Assembly (NCBI RefSeq): GCF_022539665.2
Contig: NC_081333.1
Location: 8,432,001-8,496,000 of the forward strand
Source: Daphnia carinata
Lineage: Eukaryota
Reading direction: 5' to 3'
Length of the DNA stretch: 64,000 bases
Shown: positions 1 to 11,600 of the stretch, one piece after another
Numbering within the stretch: the first letter of the stretch is position 1
Layout: each line of letters starts with the position of its first letter
Notes under the pieces: model-generated
Told to the model about the DNA's origin: nothing
What the model saw: only the letters and a program-made list of their open reading frames with translations
Database searches by the model: none
Program-made: the position numbers and the translations under genes

Positions 1-494
1 TTTTGGTGGATTGACTGGATACTCGTCGGATGGTATTTATATTACATTTGATTAAATTAATCGGCCAACAGTACTGTAACTACATATTGATTTACTAGAT
101 ATCAACAAATTTCTTTGGATGGTTCGTATCGGGGGTAGCACTGATCGGGGCAAGCACATTAAGGAAAATGATTATTACACACCTTCTGGGGAGTTCCGAG
201 TTGACCAAGAAGGATCTTCTACTCTTTTGAACTGTCTGATGTACAAGATGAGCTACTACAAATTCGGATCCGTCTATACCGAAGGAGGTATAGTAAAAGA
301 ACATACAGCAAGCATTTGGTTGCCATTACGTAAGAACTATTATTTCAGGTAAACCACCTGGTTATGATCGAGTACGTAACGCTGAAATCGGTAATAAGGA
401 TTTTGAGTTGGATGTTCTTGAAGAGGCTTACACAACTGAGCACTGGCTTGTGCGAATTTATAAAGTAAAGAAGCTCCCCAATCGAGGCGTATAA
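1..494 (+). CDS. STT3A: Oligosaccharyltransferase catalytic subunit STT3A, last three coding exons (5'-partial)
   Basis: Exons <1-32, 99-287, 349-494 with GT-AG introns splice in frame to [46 protein letters not shown]...[44 protein letters not shown]. This has the DxxK motif (DINK) and STT3A-type C-terminus. AATAAA follows the stop and recurs near 576. Confidence 0.96.
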
Positions 495-737
495 ATAAAT
501 TATACCTTATTGGATCAACGACTTTTTGTTTTCGTATTTGCTTGTCATAAACGTTGGTGCACAATGGTCAGGCAAATAAACAAATGTTTTTTTTTCTTTC
601 GAACTGAAATCGAAGTGTATTTTACATTGTTGAAATCAAAACACATTTATAAGGCACCGCGAATAGAAAAAAAAAATTGAGTAAGGATAGTTCATGCTAA
701 TGTTGGAGAAACTTGTTTTATACATAATTGTAAGATT

Positions 738-2282
738 CTAACGCAAACTACTAGCATCTTGCCCTGCGTCATCTAAGATTGCTTTATCTCCTTCAGGGAT
801 GTCGACATCCATGGCTTCACTAGCTCCATCGCTAAGCTGTATTTTGTTTACGGAAGCGGCGTCTGATTCAGCGGCTTCTGATTCCTCATCTGATAACGTA
901 TCCTCACTAGTGTTACCATCTGCAATAAACATAAAATTCGATAAGATAGTGTTATAACGTTGAATTTATTAATTCACATCTTACCAGAATTTTCTGAGAC
1001 ATCTTCGTCTTTTTCGCTTCTTTCTTGCTCTACCTTGCATGGTTTTTCTTGATTTTCTTTTCTTTCGTAAAGTTTTGCCTCAAGTGAGGCTTCCGATGTG
1101 GTAATAAATGGGACGGGTGAGGGAGGGACGGGTAAGCGAGGGCCCACAGGTCGCGTTTTTCTTGGAGGGTTAAATTGATAACAGTAGCAACAATAATAGC
1201 TGACAAACTCGAACTCTTCCTGTAAAGCCATGCCATTGTGGCCACTACAATGACGGCATATCAAGGCATAACGCTGATGCGGACCATCTCCCACAAAAAG
1301 ATCCATCATCCTGTCAAGGACTCCTCGTTCTCTAGGTAAAATTGGTCGAGGCAACGGTCGCAATGGAGCATGTCCGTAGTTCATAGCTACAGGTCTGTTA
1401 ATAAATATAGAATTGGATACTCCTTGTAAACCAGGTTAACCACCAAATAATGCCAAATTGCAACACTAAGCACACAAAGGCAATAGAGTATTTAATTTAC
1501 CTTTGGGTTGACAACATTGATTGCTGCATCTGTGGTTTATTTAACTGTTGATTCATTTTGTTTGCACTTCCCACAATAGCAGACTTATTTTGTTGGAGTG
1601 TGCCACTTGCTTTCAATGGTAAAGCTTGCTGTTGTTCTACATGCCTGTGTCGTAATTCAGTGCCAGGTGCACTAGGACGAGCATTCATAGCAGGAGTTTG
1701 AGCAGGTTTGACTTCGAAAGGAGTATTCTGTGGTTTGTCACCAAATTTGTCAAGAATCTCTTTCGCAATTTTGTAAGTCTCTGTGTCCATCACATGCTCA
1801 AGAATTTTTTTCTTCTTTTTTCTCAACTCTACAGACTTTTCTGATTTTCTCACCATTCGACGATTGAAGTACCATTTTACACCTCTATGAGAGCTCCAGG
1901 TTCTGTTAACACAAAAAGGGCATAAGTTCGGTAATAGGTTTCTAGATTGAATTGATTCCAACTTACATAAGGGCAAATGTCACAAGCCCAGTAAAATAAT
2001 AAAGCTTGTACTTTTGAACAGATGTAATAAAAAAGAAGGATGCTATTGCTACAACATAAACAAGGATAAAGATGACTAGAAGTTGTCTCACAACACGTTT
2101 TTGCCTTTCAATTGTGTCTTGTTGAAATTCATCAATTGATTTAAGCTCCTTGTCTATGTCTTCTAATATTTCTTTTGTGGAAGGCTTGTGCTAAAATAAA
2201 ATTTAAAAGAAATTTTAGCTGTAGGTGAATATTTTACTAGAAATTCTGATACTACCCGGAAGCGTGACAACAGGATTCCCAT
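738..2282 (-). CDS. LNPK: ER junction formation protein lunapark (~414 aa, 5 coding exons)
   Basis: Exons 2282-2256, 2190-1967, 1902-1501, 1394-985, 919-738 total 1245 nt in frame. N-terminal MGILLSRFR (myristoylation-type Gly2), two hydrophobic segments, VMDTETYKIAKEILDKF, zinc-ribbon YALICRHCSGHNGMALQEEF...YYCCYCYQFNPPRK (variant of the LNPARK motif), acidic tail. Confidence 0.95.
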
Positions 2283-4550
2283 TTCTGAATGAAAGATTCA
2301 GCAGGACGTAATACAGAAAGCCGAAAAGTAAACCTATACCGTCGAGTAGGAGCAAGTCTTTAAAAGAATACGGAATTCTAAATTTAAACTAGTCCCGTGT
2401 TTTGACCTTCTGCGTGTAAAGCGCCATAACATTCTAAATATCCAGAGAAAAACAGAAATTACACACGTCAGATAGGCATTGCCATACCGCTTACCGGTTG
2501 ATCAGCTGTTGTTTTACGGGTATCGCTTCTCGGTTGTCACTAATGTTGCAGACTGCGGATTCACAAACTGTGGGCGTACAGATCCAGACGAACTATAGTC
2601 AATATGGTAACTTGCTGCCAGTTTGAAAAAAATTGAAAAATAATTTACCTCAATGCATAAAATATGACGTTGCCAAAAAGTTGGCTCAGAACGAAAAACA
2701 GAAGGGCGTGGCAACAAGCTCAGATATGGAACGAGGATGGGCTCCTGTCCATATCAGTATACAAAAAAAACCGTTTTTTGTTTTAAATTCAAATGTGGTG
2801 TGTGAGTCTATTTAACGACACTGCAAACCAACTGGACAACTCGCATGATGCATTAGTTGGTGCTTACCCCTGAGCATGATTTGATTGTCATGTAGGTAGC
2901 AGGGCAGAGCTCAGTAAATGCTCTGCAATAAATGAAATTCAAAAACTTGAAACCTATATAATGAAACCAGGCTGCCAACAGTAACCGACAGTTGTTTTCT
3001 TATTACGTCAGGTAGCAGACGTTACTTTTTCGTTTCCGAAGTATACGAAAGCAAATGTAGTTTCAGTTCCACTTCAGTGCGTTTGACGTCACTGTTCGGT
3101 TACGTATTAGCAAATTGAGAAGTTCCATAGCCTCAAAATGCAGCATGCAGATCCTTGACTAGGGTCGGGTATTCACGTAAGCGCGCCAAATTCCACAAAA
3201 ATTATTCAACAAGATGACTAAAACCAAAACAAATAAGAATTACGTTGCAAATCAAAAATCAATACGGAATAAGGTGTACACAGTTGGGTGTTAGAGGTTT
3301 GCTATTTTTCACTTCATGAATAGTCGCCAAACAAACTTGAGGCACTGTTGTAATTGAAAGGCTTCGAATTTGTCCGTTGATAAAGGCTCAATAATCCGTT
3401 TAGTTGCTCATTATTAAAGTAGTTATGAACTATTCACGTTGAAAACTGAGGCAACACAACTTCGTCAACTAAATCTATAAATAATTCTTGTTAGATTCTT
3501 CTCTTTCATATCCCATAAGAAGGCAATAAAACGTAAGAAGCGATGCAACACAATTGGCTCTAAATCCACGATATATCGTAACTCGTCGCAGCCCTATTTA
3601 GCGTCATTTGTAGCTCTCGGTTTTCTCGTAATACAGAAATAGTACGTAACAGCCCTGTATGCAGAATCTGGTTTTCCCCGCGACCGGTTTTTGACTAATG
3701 GGTTCAAATCTTATGAATGTCTGATGGCGCTTTTGGCCTTCGTTTCGCCTACCTTCTAGGGGAAGTTGTTGCATTTCTTCCCCAAAGCGTACAAGGAACT
3801 GATATTTGATTCGATAGCCTCTTGCCTTTTTCATTAAACCTTGAAGAAGTTCGTACGCTTACACCAAACGTAGCAAATGCCGTGAGCAGTGATGGCTTTT
3901 GAGCATATCATCCCCGTTTTTAGACCGAGAGTAATAGTAGGGACAAGAGGGAAGTTGACCATTGACAACCCGATTTCCTAGTAGGGCTCGGAATCTTGTT
4001 CTGTACTATCAAATCGTTCGCTACGTTTCCGATGAACGATCGAAAAGTCAATTAGCTTGGTTACCCGATAAGGAGGAAATGACCCTCACTTGTTCGTCCT
4101 CTACTTTACGTGACAGTCGATCGATACCGAAAGCAAGGTCTCTGCATTCAACTAGCTTCACAACGCATTTTTTTTCTGTGTATTCACAGTCACGCTCAAG
4201 TATGTTTATGCTTTTCTTTTCTTCAATAAACTGGGCGAATCAACCACTCCTGATACCATAAAAACTAGCCATGTTTGCTTCACTAGGTTTGTGTGTTGAT
4301 GCTCTGTTGGCTCAGTGTCCGTCTTCCATTGCAGAGGGAATAACCACACCTACATGAGTGCAACCGTGCACATGGAATTTTTTTTTTCCTCATTGTGAAA
4401 TTTTATTCCGTGACGTGAACACATCTGTTCCAACCGGGCTTCTAGCAAGTTGTTCTTTTTTGGATCCCCAGTTGATTGTTTCGTTTCACGTCTAGACACC
4501 GAGAATTCTAACACACTGACTTAAAAAAAGAAACTTTCGCACATTTCAAA

Positions 4551-7500
4551 ATGGATCTTGATGACGTGTTGCATCATGCGGGCGACTGGGACAGGTACCA
4601 ACATCTGCTGTTGTGGTTAGTTTGTCTTCCTGCGTGTATTCCGTGCGGCTTCGCTGCTTTCAACCAGGTGTTTATGGACCGAATACCTGACCACTGGTGC
4701 AAAGTTCCTACTTTAATATCCGCAGAATGGACCGCAGAAGATCGCAAGGCCGCCAGCATACCTAAATTGGTAATTGAGAAAGTTAACGTGGCTCCACTGC
4801 CGTTCCATGTTCTTGGTTATTATGACCCAGTTTATCGGTAGGGTACACTCTACAGTCAGTGCTCGAAGTATGACTTAAACTATACGGGTATTCTACTGGA
4901 AAACAGTGGTAACAAATCACTGGATGTCGCAGCTATTACGTCTTGCACAGACGGCTGGGAGTACGACAAAGTCGACGTCCCCTCTTCTGTTGTCATAGAT
5001 GTAAGTTCATGCTTGTAATCCGGTGAGCGTTGAGTAGTATGGCTTATTTACTTTGAATTACTTTGACAGTTTGAGTTGGTGTGTTCGAAATCACTCTACC
5101 CAACTCTTGGCCTCTCTGCGCTCAACGTGGGTGGGTTGGTGGGTGTCCTACTCTTTGGTTATCTCAACGATAGGTTGGCTTTGCTACCAATAACTGTGTT
5201 ATAATTCTAATCTTACTATATATCATATATTTCAGGATAGGTCGGAAGAAAAACTATTTTCTTTGTTTGACAGTACAGATTGTGTTTGGAATTGCCACAG
5301 CTTTTGCTCCCAACGTTGTCTGGTGGATTATCTTCCGTTTCTTTGTTGGTCTTACAATTCCAGCTATACTTCACATCCCGTTCGTTATATGTCAGTCGAC
5401 ACAAGCACCTTATATTTTCAAAAATCATTTCGTGGCATAAATGACAGCCAATGCACTCAACATTATTCTTTAATTGCAGGCCTTGAAGCTGTGGCTCCTT
5501 CTAAGAGAACGTTGGTCAGTTTCTATGCGAACATGTTTTACGTGGTTGGGTTGATGGGATTCAGCGGACTTGCTTATTCCACTACGCAATGGCAACTAAT
5601 TGCGCTATCAACATCCGTACCTTTTGTCCTCTACTACCTCTACATTATGTATGTTTGTAAGGGCAATCAAAGCTCTTTGCGTTATTACCGGCTAATGGGG
5701 TAGCATATAATATTCATAATGTGATAATAATTTGAGGCTTTTTGGCTACTTTCCAGTTTCCTACCAGAATCGATGCGCTGGTTATTGTCACGAGGGCGCG
5801 TTAAGGAAGTTGTTGAAATGTTGCACAAAATTGCCAGTGTTAATCACAGACACATCCCAGAAGAGATGGTGCAAAAATTTACGGTACGATGCATATTTCT
5901 TTTTTTTTTTTTACTAAAATGATGCTCTGATAATGGTTAGATAACGACGAAAACTGCAACTGAAGTTAGCGTTTTAACAAACTTGGTGCAGCTCTGAGGG
6001 CAATGCACAAAGCCAAGAAGAAGAGTATCATCGTTGATGAATTTCCATTTCATAGAGGATCCCCTATTCAGACCCTTCGTGAATGGTTGATGGGGATCCC
6101 GTTAAGTATTTGCTTCAAAAATAAAGTCATTGATCATTCGGCTGAATAAGACGGTCGCTATTCATTGCGCCGTCGTATCCACGTAATGGGCTGTTAAATT
6201 TAACTGAAAGCTCAGCTGACGTGTCCATTATACACAAACAGTTTTTTCCTTGAAGAACAGAATTAAAAAAAAACTGCTTTCTATTTTTTCACGATGCAGA
6301 CAAGAAAGAATAAGACACTGTATTAGTTGCAAGAAATAAGGCCGCATAAGTGCTAAAAATCGGTGCAATGAATAATGAAGACTCTCGCTGTTACAGAATT
6401 GTTTCCCCTTAAATAAAAGAAATCGCTCGTGAAATCGATAATGCTGTCGCTTCTCCTATTTGTTCAGGAAACAATGGAACACCAACGTGAGCAAGCTGAC
6501 TGCTTGCGCAACGGAAGGAGAGCAAATTTGCGAGACCTGCTCCAGACACCCAACATGCGGATGAAAACACTGATCATTTCACTGAGTTGGTTAGCTAATC
6601 CTTGTTTACATGAATCCAAACCAACACTGTCAAAGGTATCAGTTACTATGGTAAACCAATACCTTTGAAAAACAGGGTCGTGAACGAAACAACCTACGTG
6701 GGATTGAGCTACTACGGCCCATCGATGGGCTCCGATCCTTACCTAAGTTTTTTCCTCTCATCCGTTGTGGAAATCCCGGTACACACATACGTATAATGAT
6801 TACAGTGTTTCATCCGTTGTCAAGCTTTTTGCTTTGAAAATCCCACATCCAATAACAGTTTCACATTCCGTGTTATTTTACAGGGATACGTTTTCTGTCT
6901 CCTACTTATGGATCGCTGGGGTAACAGTGACGTGACAAAGTATCGATCTGTAGCGTGAAAACATAACACGACCCATTTCTCATAGGTCGTCGAATGACGC
7001 TGTGTTCCTGTATGATCCTCAGTGGCGTGGCTGCGATTTCGACAGCACTTCTTCCTACAGGTATGTGTCATGTTTCACGCTTCGTGACCCGCAAGGGAGA
7101 CAACGGGATTCACCGGCTTAACTATCGTGACATGGTTTCAATGTACTTTTCTTGTGCGTAACACAGACGCGGAGGTGTTGACTCTGATTCTTTACCTGAT
7201 TGCCAAGTGCACTATTGCTGGAGGCACGATGATCATCTTCCAGTTCGGCGGTGAACTATATCCGACTGAAGTACGCGGGGTCGGAATTGGACTTGCCAGC
7301 TTTCTTGGCGGAATTGGTCTCACACTCATTCCTTTCATTAACTATCTGGGTACACAGTGGCTTGTGCTTCCCATCGTAATGATGGGCGCTTTCTCCGTTG
7401 CTGGAGGCATCGTGACGCTAAAACTACCTGAGACATTGGGTGCAAAATTGCCTCAAACGCTCGAAGAAGGCGAAGATTTCGGCAAGGATTTTAAAGGCTG

Positions 7501-7774
7501 GGTACACACGATCCAACAAATGTCAAGGTGACGTCAACAAAGTTTAATTTTCAGCTCGTTTTTTAGTGTTCTTCTTTCTATTTGTTTGGGACCATACCGA
7601 TGACGTGTTTGGTTTGCCAAATGAAATTTATTTACTTTGATCCCTAGGCTATTGCCCAAGCGCCTTGGGTGCCGGGACAAACACCAAGAAATCGTGAATC
7701 TCGAACAGACCGGATGTCATCAACATGCAACTTGTATCATTCCATGCGAGCACGATCACGATCAAGAATTGTAA
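4551..7774 (+). CDS. SLC22-family organic cation transporter, Orct-like MFS (~585 aa, 12 coding exons)
   Basis: Exons 4551-4769, 4842-5000, 5070-5173, 5236-5390, 5480-5648, 5757-5883, 6468-6589, 6676-6778, 6884-6920, 6986-7060, 7167-7527, 7648-7774 total 1758 nt in frame. SLC22 hallmarks: PDHWC, CTDGWEYD, SVVIDFELVC, DRIGRK, LPESMRWL, DRWGRR, ELYPTEVR, LPETLGAKLPQTLEEGE. Confidence 0.93.
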
Positions 7775-8666
7775 TGCTGTCATACCGCCAAATAACTTGT
7801 CACATTGTACCAGCGCTCACAAAATACACAGTCTCTCATGAAAAGCAAAATCATATTTATAATTCAAGTTGTATTGATCCGATTTAGACACACACACATT
7901 TGAATGCAATCACCCCAACAGCTTGTGTAGATAATAGTCTGAGAGCTACAAATTAAAAGCTTTTAAAAATTGCAAGAATTTGCTTTGTCGTGTTTTTTTT
8001 TCTCTTTTCGTATAGCAATTGATGAACACGATTTTTTGCAACAACAAAATTGCCAGCGGTTCACTGACCCAAATTTTAAAAACGCAACACAAAAAACTGT
8101 AAAATAATATCAAATGAAATTGCTCATGAGATTCCCCGTGTTGAAGCCGTGATTATTCCTTGATGACCAGGGCTCATTGATTATCAACGAATAAACCAGT
8201 CTACAACATGCGTAAAAGACTTCAGAGCAAAACTGAAATAAAAAATTTAAAAAGGAGAACAAAAATGAATTTAACACTTCATCTGAGTGCATTAAATTGA
8301 TTGTGAAGAAAAAAAGAATTAATTAAAGGTGATGTTGGGTCAAGAACAGGTGGGAACACCAAGACGAAGATGAATATGTGAACAGGTTTTCAGGTTTGAA
8401 TTTTTATCATCACGTTTAGGAGGGCAGGACGTGTGGTGTATGTGTATTAATGACATATTTCTTTGTATCTTCCAAAAAAATAAGACAATGTGCATTAAAT
8501 CCAATAAATAACAGCGCACGTCAATATGTAATACTTGTATACAAACCCGAAAGCAGCAATTTGATGTTATTGGAAGATAGGGTAGTAAATGTTTCCATTT
8601 GACTATAATTGAGAGCAGGAAAATGGAAAATGAAAAGGGCAAAGAGGTTTTCTATCGTTTTTTCTT

Positions 8667-11600
8667 TTAGACAGTAACTTCTTCGGTGAACCTCTCCCGA
8701 TCGTCGGTATTGATACGTGATCTGGACGATGAAAGGGAGCGTCCTGGTGTGCTGACCGGCGTTATTTGGGCACTTCTCACTGAACTGTCCAATTCGTATT
8801 GTTGCGAAGGAACCACTGGCACATTGACTTCCTCTAAGCAATCAAGTGAGCTAGTTTCGTCTGTCAGTTTGCTTTTAACTTTGGGTGAAAGAGGCCACCG
8901 ACTGTTGGCTTGGCCGCAAGGGCTCGTGCGACTTTCTGAATATCTCCGTTCTTTCTTGTGATTGGCATGCACTGGATTAGCCTGTTCGGTGAGTAATTGG
9001 CACAGACTTTGAACACTAACGGGGTTGTTTGATTGATCCGCGTGAAAAAGGGCGCCACTGTTTGTATGATCACCAACCAAACTGAGCTGAGTGTTCATCG
9101 ACGTCGATAGGTCCGTCTGTTCGGAAGATGTACGTCGACTGTTTGGTGCGCTAAAATTTCTCAGCACGCTAACGCCTCGTGAGTCAAAGACGAAATTGGA
9201 CGTCAATAGCGGCGCAGCGGCCAAGGCTAAAGACGAGGCCGGGACGGTGGACGATGGACTTTCTGGCTGATCCACCACATGAGGAGGAGTAATAGTCTTT
9301 TTAGATTGTTTTGTCGACCTCGTAGGTGACGTTGACGAAACTGACTGGGCGTCTTTGACGTCTTCATCGTCCTCGACCATCGCTGATGGATCGGCACTAA
9401 ACGTAGCGCAAACTATCCTGTCTGTCACACAGGCCAGCACGTTGTTGACTACCGGTCCCGAATTGAACATTAAACCTCCTAGCCCTGCGGCCAAAAGATT
9501 CCAAACGTCATCAATCATTCAATCAATCAAAGACAAACTTCAACGTTACCAGAGTCGGGACTGTTCTTGGGGGATTTGATCTTCTCCTTGACCGAATGGC
9601 CCGTTTTTCTTTGACGTAAATCGACGTCACCCTCTTTTACCCTGTGATCAGTAGATGGTCCATTTTCGAGGCAATTGCTGGCCGCTGTAGTATCGATGGC
9701 ATCAAGGACAGCAATCACTTCAGTTTCCGCCACTGGGCTGATGACTTTACGTGCTGCTTGCGACATGGCGGTTAATCGGGCGGCAAACTGCGTATGACCA
9801 GACCGGGCTGTTTTCTCCTTCAACTGGTCCAGCTCACAAAGCAAACGACGAATCTCCGCCTGTATCGTGTTTTGCGTCCATACCAAATAACCAATCATCA
9901 GTCACTTCCCCATCAATGGATTTTTTGCCTCGTTTATTGCACGGCACGTGTACTGACCTGAATATCAGGATCATTGACGCTGGACAACTCTGGCATCATA
10001 TCAGTGCGAAAGCTGCCGCCTGAAGGAGTGACGTTTGAATGGTTGGCCGATTTGGGTTTGGCCAAAAATTTGGCTGCTTGAGGCTTATTTGCCATGGAAC
10101 TTGCGTCCTCTTTCCCTCGCCCACGAAGAGCTAGATAAGCCTGTGATCAATTTCAAAATTCAATCGTACACCGCACCAATAAGTTCCAACTTCTTTGACT
10201 GATCGTCTTCAACCAACTTACTTTGCTGGCGAATATGAGGACAAGGAGAAGTGTCGTCGTCAGCTGTGCGTGGGAGAACATGATGATGTACATTAGATCG
10301 GGGTTCGCTGGCGATTGTAGGAAGAGCCTTCAACAAGAAAAATAAAGTTTCAGTTTTATCCGATTATGAGCACAATGTCGTAGCTTAAAGAAACAAGTGA
10401 ATAAGCGCGTGATGGCGGTGAAACTTACATCGAAACGTTGAGGAAAATGGAAAGGAGAAACTCGTTGTAGATCGCCATGGAGATAAAGCGGCTCTCGTTG
10501 AATTCAGACGGCGCCTTCCGCACGACGATACACAACCGGATGCCCCATACCAACACCATCATCTCCACTGCAGGATAGCAATAGTAAAAGCGAATACAAA
10601 CAATAGTCACAGGCGTAACACTAAATCCGGCTGGCATTTTAAAGACAATCCAATTGACGATAATTCAATCTCTTTTGTCCTCGCACACGTTATGTCAGAA
10701 ATTCCGACAAACAAAAACGATTAACGCCTATAGTTGCTGGACTACGTGACTCTAGCTCTCTTACGAAAAGCTCATGCATACTTAAATAAAGCGCAAAGGA
10801 ATAGATTTTGATTAATTTATTAGAATGACTGATGGTGTTCTGTCTTATCCTATTATAAGAGCAACGGTCTCTAAATGAACGAAATTTTTAAAGACAGAGC
10901 GTACTTGCGGTGAATACGTGATCCCACCAGTCCGTCTCACAGATGTAAGCTTTCAGATCATCGGCTGTTTTGGCGACGATGACGTGTGGAGGGCCGACAA
11001 CTGTCCGGATGGAAAGGAACACGGCAAATATTGACACGATGATGCCCAGTCTCTTGATCAAGTCGAGGTCCGTGATTTTGATGGCTTTGGCTGAACGGAC
11101 TCGAAAGATGACGGAAATGCTGTGTTTAAAAAACAAACAAGAAAAAGAGATAAGCATTTCGTCTGGGAAAACATTGTTAAATTATTGTAGGAACATGGTT
11201 ACTGTTCGTTTTCTACAGATTCAATAGAGTAAATTGATTGAAGTAATGGGCCCTTATGATTTCCACAAATATTTTATCATCCTTCAACGCAACCCTGAAG
11301 ACAAACTATGCCAACAGCCCAATCAAAACAAGTTCAAATAAAATGTAGAAACCAAAAATAAGACTGAGTCCTGCAAGCCGCATCTGTTCGTGCTCCGAAT
11401 CAAACATTTCCCAGATGCTCTTAACATTGTTTTATTTCCGGGAAGCTGGTGCTACAACAGAAATAAAAGATGGTCCTTTATATGTTTAAAAAAAGGAAAA
11501 GGACACATTGTCCTAATAATCCGTGGATTAGGCATACTTTATTGCCGTCTTGAACTAACTTTGACGTTTTCTGTTGGATTTTTGATGACTTTCGTCAAGT

